64,000 bases of DNA from an uncultured Actinomycetota bacterium (GTDB lineage: Bacteria > Actinomycetota > Actinomycetes > Actinomycetales > CAWJMD01), in the NCBI GenBank assembly GCA_963715595.1, contig OY970255.1:1663784-1727783 (forward strand), in the 5' to 3' direction. The translations under genes were made by a program, and so were the position numbers. Positions within the stretch are counted from its first letter, which is position 1. The number at the start of each line of letters is the position of its first letter. Of the stretch, positions 29,701 to 40,899 are shown in pieces. The notes under the pieces were generated by a model. It ran no database searches, had not been told where the DNA came from, and saw nothing but the letters and a program-made list of their open reading frames with translations.

Positions 29701-29815
29701 GGCCGTCGGCGTGGTCTCGCACCTGCCCGAGCTGCGCACCCGGATCCCCTCCCAGCTGCAGGTCCTGCGCGGCGAGCGCGGGTCGACGGTGCGCCCGGTC
29801 CACCGCGCCGGCTGA
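26789..29815 (+). CDS. sbcC: Exonuclease SbcCD, ATPase subunit C
   Basis: Walker A GPTGAGKTSLLDA, a long Ala/Arg/Leu-rich coiled coil, the zinc hook CPVCG, a signature LSGGESF and Walker B LFVDEGFGTLD. GTG overlaps the sbcD stop. Confidence 0.9.
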   Translation: MRLHRVRVQAFGPFAEAVEVDLDALAEHGLFLLHGPTGAGKTSLLDAVCFALYGVVPGARAALRGTALRSDHAATGVAPVVEVELTVRGRRLEVVRSPAWERPKARGTGTTTEQASVRVREQVGTGWVPLAARLDEAGHLLSGLLGMDVRQFTSVVLLPQGDFATFLRAGPDERRTVLERLFGTDRFAAVEQWLAEQRTLTGRAVRTATAQHATLLARADERVSAVREACPGVGATGGDDAASVRARHDLLADALGAARTLLDQQHDALRVARDDVETATETARRDGELLATLRHRRRLQAATAEVDALRSALEADARAGALVPHRDRLARADDELARAQADLRLALAALPASLDLGERPDPDALATLLDGTRAELARLGPLVERERAAAALEADADAHRDLLAATEASLRAGASERAALEHDRDALRARREPLALAAAGLGAAREAVVRAHDVATAAAAAGRLAPRLRAADDDVRAADDAAARARADHLDLLERRLAGMAGELASGLHDGSPCPVCGADEHPSPATGADLVDAAVVQQALESSQALTAAAGTAREDRDRLLQQVREAEQAAGGRSVRAGAADVEAATADLIRRQRARGTLEQVDAALAAHDQRVAELALEVEAVTARASSLREQLARLGTRRDDLGAELVAARGDDTTVAARAQRLTALVVPLSRALALARELPAARRAVQQAGADAVTACAAAGFDDLAAAATAVLDPRARDDAQARVARHERESAGVEHRLAQDDLAQAAAGAEPAELERSLADRAAVHAATRQRAVDAEAAVRATTARLTLLEGAVVALHALADEVAAQERTLQRLTAEAQVVEELAGCALGTSAGNALRMRLSAYVLAARLEQVAAAASVRLQATTAGRYELRHCDARGRGGGRSGLGLLVVDHWTGQERETASLSGGESFLASLALALGLADVVQAESGGLGIETLFVDEGFGTLDDDTLELVVASLDELRAGGRAVGVVSHLPELRTRIPSQLQVLRGERGSTVRPVHRAG

Positions 29816-29906
29816 CCAATCCGCAGCGCCCCGCGTCCCGAAGACCCACCGAGCGCGGCGCCAGGCCACGCGGACGTGCGGACGCAGGCAGGAGGGACGT
29901 GGGACA

Positions 29907-30530
29907 GTGGCCGACGTGCTCCCCTTCTCTCGGAACCGTGCCGCCGCGCACGTCGGCGACGGCGCACCCGCGCAGGCCTCGCCGGACGCCGCTCTCGCCG
30001 ATCTCATGCGCCTGGTGGCGCAGGGCGACGAGCAGGCGTTCGCGCAGGTGTACGACGCGCTGTCGCCGTCGGTCTACGGGCTCGTGCTGAGGGTCCTGCG
30101 CGACCCCGCGCAGTCGCAGGAGGTCGCCCAGGAGGTCATGGTCGACCTCTGGCGCCAGGCCACCCGGTTCGACCCCGACAAGGGCAGCGTCAAGGGCTAC
30201 GTGCTCACGATGGCCCACCGTCGTGCGGTCGACCGCGTCCGCTCCGCCCAGGCGTCCACCGACCGCGAGCTGCGGGTCGGCCAGGCCAGTCAGGAGCGCG
30301 AGTTCGACGAGGTCGCCGAGGCCGTGGAGAACAGGCTCGAGGTGCAGCAGGTGCGCCGAGCGTTGCGGGTGCTCACCGAGCTGCAGCGCGAGGCCGTGCA
30401 GCTCGCGTACTACGGCGGCTACACCCACCGGGAGGTGTCCGAGCTGCTCGACGTGCCGCTCGGCACGGTGAAGACCAGGTTGCGTGACGGACTGATCAGA
30501 CTCAGGGACGAGATGGGGGTGACGGCATGA
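29907..30530 (+). CDS. sigK: ECF RNA polymerase sigma factor (SigK-like)
   Basis: Sigma-70 region 2 (QEVMVDLWR) and region 4 (AYYGGYTHREVSELLDVPLGTVKTRL). It is followed by an RskA-type anti-sigma gene with an ATGA overlap. Confidence 0.8.
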   Translation: MADVLPFSRNRAAAHVGDGAPAQASPDAALADLMRLVAQGDEQAFAQVYDALSPSVYGLVLRVLRDPAQSQEVAQEVMVDLWRQATRFDPDKGSVKGYVLTMAHRRAVDRVRSAQASTDRELRVGQASQEREFDEVAEAVENRLEVQQVRRALRVLTELQREAVQLAYYGGYTHREVSELLDVPLGTVKTRLRDGLIRLRDEMGVTA

Positions 30531-31243
30531 GCGACGAGCGAGAGCTGCACATGCTCACCGGTGCCTACGCGCTCGGTGCGGTCGACGAGCTCGAGGCGGC
30601 CCGGATGCGGGAGATGCTGCGGACGTCGCCCGAGGCGAGCGCCGAGGTCCGCTCGTTCATCGAGACCGCCGCCCTGCTCGGCTCGGCCGAGGCGGTCGAG
30701 CCCCCCGCCGCGATGCGTGCCGCCGTGCTGGCCGCCGTCCGCGAGACCCGTCAGGTTCCGCCCGTGACCGTTCCCGCCGCCCACGCCCGGCGTGCCGCCC
30801 GGTCGGCCCGCTGGCTGTCGGTGGCCGCCGCCGGACTGCTCGTCCTCACCCTCGGCACCGGCGTCGCCGCCTGGCAGTTCCGCGAGGACGCCGGCGCCGC
30901 CTCCGCGGCCAACCAGGCGATGACCGAGGTGCTCGCCGACCCCGACCGGCAGGTGCTCGACGCCGACTTCGCCGGTGGTCGCGCCACCATGATCGTGTCC
31001 GGCGACCGGGTGGTCGTCCTCGGCACCGAGGTGGAGGCACCGCCAGAGGGCAAGGGCTACCAGCTGTGGCTCCTCGACGGCGAGACCCCGATCCCCTCGG
31101 ACATGCTCAGCGCCACCGGCGACGGCGGCTACTGGGCCGACACCACCGGGTACGAGGCCGGGCAGGCGCTGGCCGTGACCGTCGAGCCCGAGGGCGGCTC
31201 GCAGCAGCCCAGCAGCGACCCGCTCTTCGTCGCCAGCGCCTGA
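30527..31243 (+). CDS. rskA: Anti-sigma-K factor RskA-like
   Basis: N-terminal anti-sigma helix (LTGAYALGAVDELE), a central TM segment, and a C-terminal RskA domain (GKGYQLWLL..LAVTVEPEGGS). Confidence 0.8.
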   Translation: MSDERELHMLTGAYALGAVDELEAARMREMLRTSPEASAEVRSFIETAALLGSAEAVEPPAAMRAAVLAAVRETRQVPPVTVPAAHARRAARSARWLSVAAAGLLVLTLGTGVAAWQFREDAGAASAANQAMTEVLADPDRQVLDADFAGGRATMIVSGDRVVVLGTEVEAPPEGKGYQLWLLDGETPIPSDMLSATGDGGYWADTTGYEAGQALAVTVEPEGGSQQPSSDPLFVASA

Positions 31244-31341
31244 CGCACCGGTCGCACCTCAGCGCGTCACGTGCGGCCGCCCGGCGTCCCGGTCCGCCTC
31301 GCTGCCCGATGAGTTCGCGACCGCTGCGCGGTCGGACCTGC

Positions 31342-31899
31342 ATGGAGCTCCCCGCGCAGACCGCCGTCGGCAAGGTCCTCTGGCACTTCTCCATGAGCCT
31401 GGACGGCTTCGTCGCCGGTCCCGGTGACTCGCTGGACTTCCTCGACGGCGTGACCGCAGCGAGACCCGGCGTCGTCGAGGAGTACGTCGCCACCACCGGC
31501 GCCGTGCTCGGCGGCCGCCGTGGGTGGGACGCCTACCCCGACCCGAAGGCCGTCTACGGCGGCCTGTGGGACGGGCCCGTGTTCGTGCTGACGCACCACC
31601 CCGAGGACGCCGTCGCGGCCGACGGCGTCACCTTCCTCGACTGCGACCTCGCCGAGGCCGTGCGGATCGCCCGGGAGGCGGCCGACGGCAAGAACGTCGA
31701 GGTGCTGTCGGCGTCGGTGGGCACCCAGCTGCTGCAGGCGGGCCTGCTCGACGAGATCCACCTGCACGTCGTCCCCGTGCTGCTCGGCGACGGCGTGCGC
31801 CTGTACGACGTCCCGGGTGGCCCGCCTGTCCCCCTGCGCCACCTGGTCGGCGACGAGCCGCGGGTCGAGGTCGACCTGCGTCTGGCTCCAGTTCGTTGA
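31342..31899 (+). CDS. Dihydrofolate reductase family protein (RibD C-terminal domain)
   Basis: SMSLDGFVAGP, VLGGRRGW and DEIHLHVVPVLLGDG. Confidence 0.8.
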   Translation: MELPAQTAVGKVLWHFSMSLDGFVAGPGDSLDFLDGVTAARPGVVEEYVATTGAVLGGRRGWDAYPDPKAVYGGLWDGPVFVLTHHPEDAVAADGVTFLDCDLAEAVRIAREAADGKNVEVLSASVGTQLLQAGLLDEIHLHVVPVLLGDGVRLYDVPGGPPVPLRHLVGDEPRVEVDLRLAPVR

Positions 31900-32012
31900 G
31901 GCGCGCCGAGACGTGAGCCGGGGGGCGGGCGGCTCGTGAAGACGTCAGACGAAGTCAGTCGAACGAGCCGCCCGGCCGCCGGTGATCGTCGGAGACGAGA
32001 CGGCGACGCACG

Positions 32013-34881
<2,869 letters not shown>

Positions 34882-34971
34882 GCGGCGGAGGCTCCCTGCG
34901 TCGGCCCCGCGACGGCGGGACGAACCGGCCTCCCCCTCTGTCACCGACCTGCGGCTCCAGAGCTGCCTGTC

Positions 34972-35067
34972 CCGTGCGGTCCTGGCGCCTGAGAGGTTCC
35001 GGGGAGTTTGCCCCTTCGGCGCCCCGACCCACCCTGCGAGCAGGGCGGCGGGGACTCTCCCGCACGG
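34972..35067 (-). promoter_or_regulatory. Glycine riboswitch (single aptamer) in the gcvP leader
   Basis: The minus strand reads ccgugcGGGAGAGucc..gGCGCCGAAGGGGCAAacuccccggaaCCUCUCAGGCgCCAGGACcgcacgg. The conserved GGAGAG, CGCCGAAGGGGCAA and CUCAGGC..AGGAC blocks are present, and the P1 stem ccgugcgg/ccgcacgg closes. It lies about 90 nt upstream of the gcvP ATG. Confidence 0.85.
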
Positions 35068-35121
35068 TGTCGAACGGCTCCGTCGAGACTACCCCAGCAG
35101 CGGCGCGGGACGGTCAGCCGC

Positions 35122-35703
35122 TCAGCCGGTGGCGCGGGCCGCGCGGCGCGCGGAGAGCTCGTCGTCGGTGGCCGGGGCGTCGGAGCCGTCGGCCCGCTCG
35201 CTCGGCAGCGCGGCGAGGGTGCCCTCGACCTCGCGCCAGACGCGGCCGACGGCGATGCCGAACACGCCCTGGCCGCCCTGCACCAGGTCGATGACCTCGT
35301 CGGCCGAGGTGCACTCGTAGACGCTGGCGCCGTCGCTCATCAGGGTGATCTGGGCGAGGTCCTCGACGCCGCGCTCGCGCAGCGCCGAGACCGCCGTGCG
35401 GATCTGCTGCAGGGAGACGCCGGTGTCGAGCAGCCGCTTGACGACCTTGAGCACGAGGATGTCGCGGAAGCTGTAGAGCCGCTGGGAGCCCGACCCGCTG
35501 GCGCCGCGCACGGTGGGCTCGACCAGCCCGGTGCGTGCCCAGTAGTCGAGCTGGCGGTAGGTGATGCCGGCGGCGCGGCACGCGGTCGGCCCCCGGTAGC
35601 CCATGCCCTCGTCCAGGACGGGGAGGTCCTCGGTGAACAGCAGGCCCTGCGCCGCGGTGGGCACGGGCCGGGGTGCGTCGGTGGCGTCCTGAGTGCCGCT
35701 CAC
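35122..35703 (-). CDS. MerR-family transcriptional regulator (Rv1830-like position)
   Basis: YRGPTACRAAGITYRQLDYWARTGLVEP...RLYSFRDILVLKVVKRLLDTGVSLQQIR is a MerR HTH. Confidence 0.8.
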   Translation of the reverse strand: MSGTQDATDAPRPVPTAAQGLLFTEDLPVLDEGMGYRGPTACRAAGITYRQLDYWARTGLVEPTVRGASGSGSQRLYSFRDILVLKVVKRLLDTGVSLQQIRTAVSALRERGVEDLAQITLMSDGASVYECTSADEVIDLVQGGQGVFGIAVGRVWREVEGTLAALPSERADGSDAPATDDELSARRAARATG

Positions 35704-35868
35704 GCCGAACCTCCAGGTCAGGTGTCCCCCAGGGGGTGCGGCCGGCACTTGCAGCGCTGGAACTACACGGGGGACGTTCACCGTCGACGGTACGGGTGGC
35801 AGGGGGCGCGGTCAACGAGCACGACCCGCCCGACGCGGCGTGTCGCGGACCGTGACCAACTCTTGACC

Positions 35869-36379
35869 TCAGGTAGAGGGTTGGTCCCCCGGGTCGGGCT
35901 CTCCCAGCTCGGGGTCGAAGTCCTCGGCGCTCACCTGGTCGAGGAACTCGCGGAACCGCTCCACCTCGTCCTCGTCCTCGTCCGGGACGGGCACGCTGCC
36001 GGCCTCGAGCACGGCCTCGGCGCCCAGGATCGGGCAGCCGGCCCGCAGGGCGAGCGCGATGGCGTCGGAGGAGCGCGACCCGACCGTGACGCCGCCGGAG
36101 AACACCAGCTCGGCGTAGTAGACGTTCTCCTTCATGTCGACGATGCGCACCTGCTCCAGGGTGTGACCCAGAGCGGTGACGACCTCGCCGAGCAGGTCGT
36201 GCGTCAGCGGGCGCGGCGGGCACGACGCCCTGCTGGGCCATCGCGATCGCGCTGGCCTCGGCCGAGCCGATCCAGATCGGCAGGTACCGCTCGCCGTCGC
36301 GCTCGCGCAGCAGCACGATCGGCGTGCGCGAGGGCATCTCGACCCGAACTCCCACGACCTCGAGCTCCAACACACCCAC
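35869..36379 (-). CDS. Bifunctional nuclease family protein (DUF151) with one apparent 1-nt insertion
   Basis: The N-terminus VGVLELEVVGVRVEMPSRTPIVLLRERDGERYLPIWIGSAEASAIAMAQQGVVP is in one frame. RPLTHDLLGEVVTALGHTLEQVRIVDMKENVYYAELVF is in the next. Removing one c (plus-strand ggg at 36218-36220) joins them. The length of 511 nt fits this. Confidence 0.8.
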
Positions 36380-36432
36380 AACCTAACCCCAGCGGCACGG
36401 CCCGCGCGTTGCGGTCCGGCATCGACGGTCGC

Positions 36433-37158
36433 TCAGCCCTCCAGGGCGGCGCGCACGAGGGTGGCGTGCAGCCGCAGGCAGAGGGCGCTGATCTCGCGCG
36501 CGAGCTCGTCGGCCCGGGCGTGCGAGCCGGTGCCGCGGTGGTGGCGCAGCGGGGACGTGACCTGCTCGACCAGGCCGATCTCGCGGTCGGCGGCCGTCCG
36601 GAACGCCCGCAGGTGCCGGGGCTCGATGCCGTACCCGGCGAGCTCGCCGGCCGTGCGGGCGACCTCCAGGTCGTCGGCGTCGTAGTAGCCCTGCGTCTCC
36701 CACGGCGACCAGACCGTAGGTCTCCAGGCTCTCCAGCAGCGCCGCGTCGATGCCCGCCGCGGCCACCAGCTCGTCGCGGCGCAGCCGGGCGCGGGTGGGC
36801 GGCGCGAGGGCGTCGACGTCGTGCCGGACGGCGGCAGGAGCCGCGCGGGCCGCGGCGAGCCGCCGGGCAGCTCGGGCGCCACGCCCCGGTCGAGCTGGTC
36901 GAGGTACTCGCCGATCTTCTTCAGCGGCCAGTAGTGGTCGCGCTGCAGCTCCAGGACCAGGCGCAGCCGGGCGACGTCGGCGGGCGAGAACTTGCGGTAG
37001 CCGGCCGCGGTGCGCTCGGGCTCGACCAGTCCCCGGTCCTCGAGGAAGCGCACCTTGGAGTGCGTGAGGTCGGAGAAGTCCGGCTGCAGCTCGGCGAGCA
37101 CCTCCCCGATGCTGAGCAGCCGGCGGGTGCGCGTCGAGCGCTGGACGGCGCCGGTCAC
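36433..37158 (-). CDS. MerR-family regulator (FtsR/Rv1828-like) with two compensating frameshifts
   Basis: N-terminal MerR HTH (LLSIGEVLAELQPDFSDLTHSKVRFLEDRGLVEP) and C-terminal YYDADDLEVARTAGELAGYGIEPRHLRAF. The centre reads sensibly only in the frame of the ORF at 36383-36766 (..RLRRDELVAAAGIDAALLESLETYGLV..). Confidence 0.8.
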   Translation of the reverse strand: MTGAVQRSTRTRRLLSIGEVLAELQPDFSDLTHSKVRFLEDRGLVEPERTAAGYRKFSPADVARLRLVLELQRDHYWPLKKIGEYLDQLDRGVAPELPGGSPRPARLLPPSGTTSTPSRRPPAPGCAATSWWPRRASTRRCWRAWRPTVWSPWETQGYYDADDLEVARTAGELAGYGIEPRHLRAFRTAADREIGLVEQVTSPLRHHRGTGSHARADELAREISALCLRLHATLVRAALEG

Positions 37159-37198
37159 CGCTCGGTCCCGCGCGCCCGGGACCGGTCAGCGGGGGCGG

Positions 37199-37669
37199 TC
37201 ACTGCGCGGTGCCCTCGCCCTCGAGCTGCTCCGGGTGGGGGTGGAAGACCAGCCGGAACTTGCCGATCTGGACCTCGTCGCCGGACTGCAGCACGGCGTC
37301 GTCGACCCGCTCGCGGTTGACGTAGGTGCCGTTCAGGCTGCCGACGTCGCGGACGCGGAACCGGTCGCCCTCGCGCAGGAACTCGGCGTGCCGGCGCGAC
37401 ACCGTCACGTCGTCGAGGAAGATCTCGCTGTCGGTCTGGCGACCGGCGGTGGTGCGGTCGGCGTCCAGCAGGAACCGCGAGCCGGAGACGGGGCCGCGCT
37501 GGACGATCAGCAGCGCCGACGCCGGGGGCAGTGCGCCGATCGCGGCGCGCTCGTCCTGGCTGAGGCCGGTGGCGTCCGGGTCGACCTCGGAGCCGACGGC
37601 GGACAGGGTCATCGTGGAGTCGGGGTTGCGCACCTGCTCCTGGCCGTCGCGGCCGTCCTGCTCGCCCAT
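37199..37669 (-). CDS. garA: FHA-domain protein GarA/OdhI
   Basis: C-terminal FHA domain (GRQTDSEIFLDDVTVSRRHAEF..VRDVGSLNGTYVNRERV), in a position between the MerR gene and gcvH. Confidence 0.9.
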   Translation of the reverse strand: MGEQDGRDGQEQVRNPDSTMTLSAVGSEVDPDATGLSQDERAAIGALPPASALLIVQRGPVSGSRFLLDADRTTAGRQTDSEIFLDDVTVSRRHAEFLREGDRFRVRDVGSLNGTYVNRERVDDAVLQSGDEVQIGKFRLVFHPHPEQLEGEGTAQ

Positions 37670-37781
37670 CGTCAGACCTCCTCACCTCGTCGCGACTGGT
37701 CCTCCCGCCCGTCGCGGGCGGCGCCGGTGCACCACCCTAACCCTCGACGCGAGAGTGAGACCACGGGTTCCGGCAGAGCGG

Positions 37782-38175
37782 TCAGCCGACCTGGGCGGCG
37801 TACCCCTCGGCGTCGAGCAGACCCTCGACCGCGGACGGGTCGTCGAGGCGCACCTCGAACATCCAGCCCTCGCCGTAGGGGTCGGTGTTGACCAGCTCGG
37901 GGCTGGCCTCGAGCGCCTCGTTGCGGGCGGTGACCGAGCCGGCGAGCGGGGCGTAGACCTCGCTGACGCTCTTGGTCGACTCGACCTCGCCGCACGACTC
38001 CCCGGACGTGACGGTGGTGCCGGCGTCGGGGAGCTGGACGAAGACGATGTCGCCGAGGGCGTCCTGGGCGTAGGAGGTGATGCCGATGCGCACCACGGCC
38101 GGGTCGTCGGTGGTCTGCACCCACTCGTGCTCGGGCGTGTACTTCAGCTGCGCGGGGTACTCGAAGTCGGCCCAA
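37782..38175 (-). CDS. gcvH: Glycine cleavage system H protein, with an apparent 1-nt insertion right after the start codon
   Basis: ADFEYPAQLKYTPEHEWV..GEVESTKSVSEVYAPLAG contains the lipoyl-lysine motif ESTK. The only plausible start is TTG at 38173-38175, downstream of the ggaagga RBS, and it is 1 nt out of frame in a ggg run. The length of 394 nt fits this. Confidence 0.85.
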
Positions 38176-38212
38176 GGGGGTGTCCTTCCGGCCGCGAGGG
38201 TCGCTCGCGAGG

Positions 38213-38995
38213 TCAGGGGGTGGCGGTCGGCTCGGCCGGGCGAGCGTACTGAGGCGTCTGCGGCGTCCGCAACGCGTCGACGACGACCTCCTCGCGCTGG
38301 GTGGTACGCACCAGGGCGCCGCGCGAGGTCGCGGTCTCGACCACGCCCCCGGGGATCTCCAGCGCGGTCTCGAGCGTCGGCGGGTCGCCGATGACGACGA
38401 ACTCGTACGGCTGCTCCAGCAGGGTGCCGTCGACCTCGATGCCGTCGGCGGTGTCGGTGAACGACGTGGAGGCGACGATGCGCACCCCGCCCACCTGCAT
38501 CGCCTCGGCGCCGGAGTCGCGCAGCTCCTGCACGGCGTCGAGCAGCTGGGCCGAGGACAGCACGCCGTCGGGGTCGGTGAGCACCAGCGACAGGCCCGGC
38601 CCCTCGGCGGCCGCCGTGCCGGCGAGGATGCCGAGGGCGTCGACCTGGCGTCGCGCCGCCTCCTGCGCGGCGGCCCGCGCCGAGGTGCCGGACTCCAGCT
38701 CGGACCGGACGCGGGACAGCTCGGCCTCCTCGGCGTCGAGCCGCTCGTTGCGCTCGCCGAGGTCGTCGAGGATGCGGACCAGGTCGGAGTCGCGCAGCGA
38801 CCCCAGGTCGGCCTCCTGGGTCTGGCGCACCTGCACCACCAGGGCGAAGCCGAGGACGGCGCACAGCAGGCCCGCGAGCAGCTCGCCCCGTGACCCGCGG
38901 GGAACGAGCGAGCGCAGCAGCCTGCGGCGTGGCTCGGCCGCGTCGGCCACCGGCTCGTGGCGGTGCGCGGCGTCGTGCCGGCCGTGGGCGTTCAC
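38213..38995 (-). CDS. DUF881 domain protein
   Basis: An N-terminal TM segment, a coiled region, and a C-terminal DUF881-like domain (GPGLSLVLTD..AMQVGGVRIV..YEFVVIGDPPTL). GTGA overlap with the upstream gene. Confidence 0.8.
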   Translation of the reverse strand: MNAHGRHDAAHRHEPVADAAEPRRRLLRSLVPRGSRGELLAGLLCAVLGFALVVQVRQTQEADLGSLRDSDLVRILDDLGERNERLDAEEAELSRVRSELESGTSARAAAQEAARRQVDALGILAGTAAAEGPGLSLVLTDPDGVLSSAQLLDAVQELRDSGAEAMQVGGVRIVASTSFTDTADGIEVDGTLLEQPYEFVVIGDPPTLETALEIPGGVVETATSRGALVRTTQREEVVVDALRTPQTPQYARPAEPTATP

Positions 38996-39324
38996 GCCTT
39001 GAACACGTGCCGGCGGATGGCGGCCGCGTTGGAGAAGATCCGGATGCCGAGCACGACGACCACGCCGGTCGACAGCTGCGAGCCGACCCCGAGCTGGTCG
39101 CCGAGGTAGACCACCAGCGCCGCCACGACCACGTTGCTGAGGAACGACACCACGAACACCCGGTCGTCGAAGATGCCGTCGAGCACGGCCCGCAGGCCGC
39201 CGAACACGGCGTCGAGCGCCGCGACGACGGCGATGGGCAGGTACGGCTGCAGCTCCGGGGGCACGGTGGGCTGCAGCACGAGTCCGAGCACGATGCCGAT
39301 CACCAGCCCGAGCGCTGCGATCAC
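38992..39324 (-). CDS. Small basic membrane protein (DUF1290, Sbp-like)
   Basis: A 110-aa hydrophobic protein (VIAALGLVIGIVLGLVLQP..) sitting between two DUF881 genes, as in other actinobacteria. GTGA overlaps on both sides. Confidence 0.75.
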   Translation of the reverse strand: MIAALGLVIGIVLGLVLQPTVPPELQPYLPIAVVAALDAVFGGLRAVLDGIFDDRVFVVSFLSNVVVAALVVYLGDQLGVGSQLSTGVVVVLGIRIFSNAAAIRRHVFKA

Positions 39325-40268
39325 GGGTCCTCCTCCTGGTCCGGCTGCTGGTCGGGCGGGCTCCCGGGGACGGTGCCGCCGCCGGTGGTGGGCGCGGTGT
39401 CCTGCTCCTGCGCACCCGCGGGCGTGGCGTACCTGAGGCCGAGCCGTCCGGCCGCCGGCACCGTCAGGTCGTCGGCCCCCTGAACCGTCACCTGGATGCC
39501 GTGGTTCTGCTCCAGCGAGGAAAGGTAGCGACCGGCCGCCGAGGTCGCGAAGGCGGTCTGCACGCGGGCCGGGTCGCCGATCGCCTGCACCTCGTACGGA
39601 GGGGCGAGCGGCCGCAGGTCGACCAGGATCGCCTCGCCCGCCGACCGGATGGCCGAGGTGGCCGTGAGCCGGTGGCCGTTGACCGAGATCGCCTCGGCGC
39701 CCGCGGCCCACAGCCCGTTGGTGACCTGCTGCAGGTCGACGTCGAGCACCTGGCCCTGCGCGATCTCGTCGGGCGTGCGGTCGTCGCCCGGCGGCGGGTT
39801 CTTGAAGGCGAGGGCGTTGTCGAGGGTGTAGACGGCCCCGGGCCCGGTGACGGCCCGGGCGCCGGTGACGGCCTCGAGCGCGACGACCTGCTCCAGCAGG
39901 TCGTCGTCGGCACCGCCCAGGCGTGCGTCGCGCAGCACGGCGACCTCGTCGGTCAGGGCGACGATCGCCTGCTCGCGGGCGGCGACCTCCTCGCTGCGCG
40001 CGGCCACCTGCTCGCGCAGGCCGGCCGCCGCGTCCGAGCGCGGGGCGCGCAGCTGCACCACCCCGGTGACGAGCACGAGCCCGGCGACGAGCGACAGCGC
40101 CACCGTGAGGGGCGCGCGACGGCGGCGGCCGGTGGGCGGCAGGTCGGCGCGGGCGTCGGCGGCGGCCTGGTAGCCGGGGTCGAGCGGGCGCTCCATCACC
40201 TCCTTGAGCAGCGTCATGGAGGCGTCGGCGGCGCGGCGGCCCGCGCCCGGCGGGGCGGGCGCGCTCAC
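39321..40268 (-). CDS. DUF881 domain protein
   Basis: GPGAVYTLDN..AISVNGHRLT..YEVQAIGDPARV is a DUF881 domain. GTG overlaps the pgsA stop (40265-40268). Confidence 0.8.
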   Translation of the reverse strand: MSAPAPPGAGRRAADASMTLLKEVMERPLDPGYQAAADARADLPPTGRRRRAPLTVALSLVAGLVLVTGVVQLRAPRSDAAAGLREQVAARSEEVAAREQAIVALTDEVAVLRDARLGGADDDLLEQVVALEAVTGARAVTGPGAVYTLDNALAFKNPPPGDDRTPDEIAQGQVLDVDLQQVTNGLWAAGAEAISVNGHRLTATSAIRSAGEAILVDLRPLAPPYEVQAIGDPARVQTAFATSAAGRYLSSLEQNHGIQVTVQGADDLTVPAAGRLGLRYATPAGAQEQDTAPTTGGGTVPGSPPDQQPDQEEDP

Positions 40269-40852
40269 GCGGGCACCGCCCGCGCGCCGTCGGCGCGCAG
40301 CAGCCCGCGCAGCTGGCGGACGTAGAGGAACCCGGCCCACCAGTACAGGACGACGCCCCACCACGCGAACGCCCAGCCGAGCGGCCGCGCGACCTCGGCG
40401 AGGGTGCTGCTGCCCTCGCCCAGCAGGATGAGCGGGAAGGCGTAGAGCAGGTTGAAGGTCGCGGCCTTGCCGAGGTAGTGCACCGGGAGGGACTCGAGCC
40501 CGAGCCGCTTGAGGAACGGGATCATCCCGAACAGGATCACGTCGCGCGCCACCACGGCGCCGACCAGCCACCACGGGATGAAGTCGCGGTACGCGAGCCC
40601 GAGCAGCGTCGACAGGATGTACAGCCGGTCGGCCGCGGGGTCGAGCTTGGCGCCCAGCTCGGACACCTGGCCCAGCCGGCGCGCGAGCCAGCCGTCGAGG
40701 TAGTCGGTGACGCCGGAGACGGCCAGCACGGCGAGCGCCCAGTAGTCGTACTCGGCGACGATGAGGAACGCGAAGACCGGCACGAGGAGGAGCCGCCCGA
40801 AGCTGATCAGGTTCGGGACGGTCCAGATCTCCGTCGTCGCGGGCGCGGCCAC
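40265..40852 (-). CDS. pgsA: CDP-alcohol phosphatidyltransferase (PgsA-like)
   Basis: The motif DYLDGWLARRLGQVSELGAKLDPAADRL (D-G-x2-A-R...D-x3-D) and a multi-TM body. Confidence 0.85.
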   Translation of the reverse strand: MAAPATTEIWTVPNLISFGRLLLVPVFAFLIVAEYDYWALAVLAVSGVTDYLDGWLARRLGQVSELGAKLDPAADRLYILSTLLGLAYRDFIPWWLVGAVVARDVILFGMIPFLKRLGLESLPVHYLGKAATFNLLYAFPLILLGEGSSTLAEVARPLGWAFAWWGVVLYWWAGFLYVRQLRGLLRADGARAVPA

Positions 40853-40899
40853 GACGTCCAGCCTACGTGCGGGGGCCGACCGTCCGGGCCAGCCGCGGG

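Noticed and set aside
25650-29815. SbcCD as a possible SMC-type defence system (Lamassu/Wadjet-like)
   Set aside because: It is a canonical two-gene Mre11/Rad50-type pair with a zinc hook and full ABC motifs. There are no accessory defence genes, and the context is core genome.
25501-30090. 1529-aa plus-strand ORF and the 1120-aa minus-strand ORF (26645-30007) over sbcCD
   Set aside because: These are off-frame and antisense readings of sbcD and sbcC. Both are Pro/Arg/Ala-rich low-complexity sequence, whereas the sbcCD frames carry all the catalytic motifs.
31921-31980. Stem (gggcggctcgt / acgagccgccc) with a 25-nt loop between the convergent DHFR-like and gcvP genes
   Set aside because: It is most simply a bidirectional terminator-type hairpin between convergent genes. 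Nothing suggests more than that.
35068-35121. Second (tandem) glycine aptamer upstream of the first
   Set aside because: The ~55 nt between the aptamer and the MerR gene stop lack the GGAGAG and CGAAGGGGCAA blocks. Only a single aptamer is supported.
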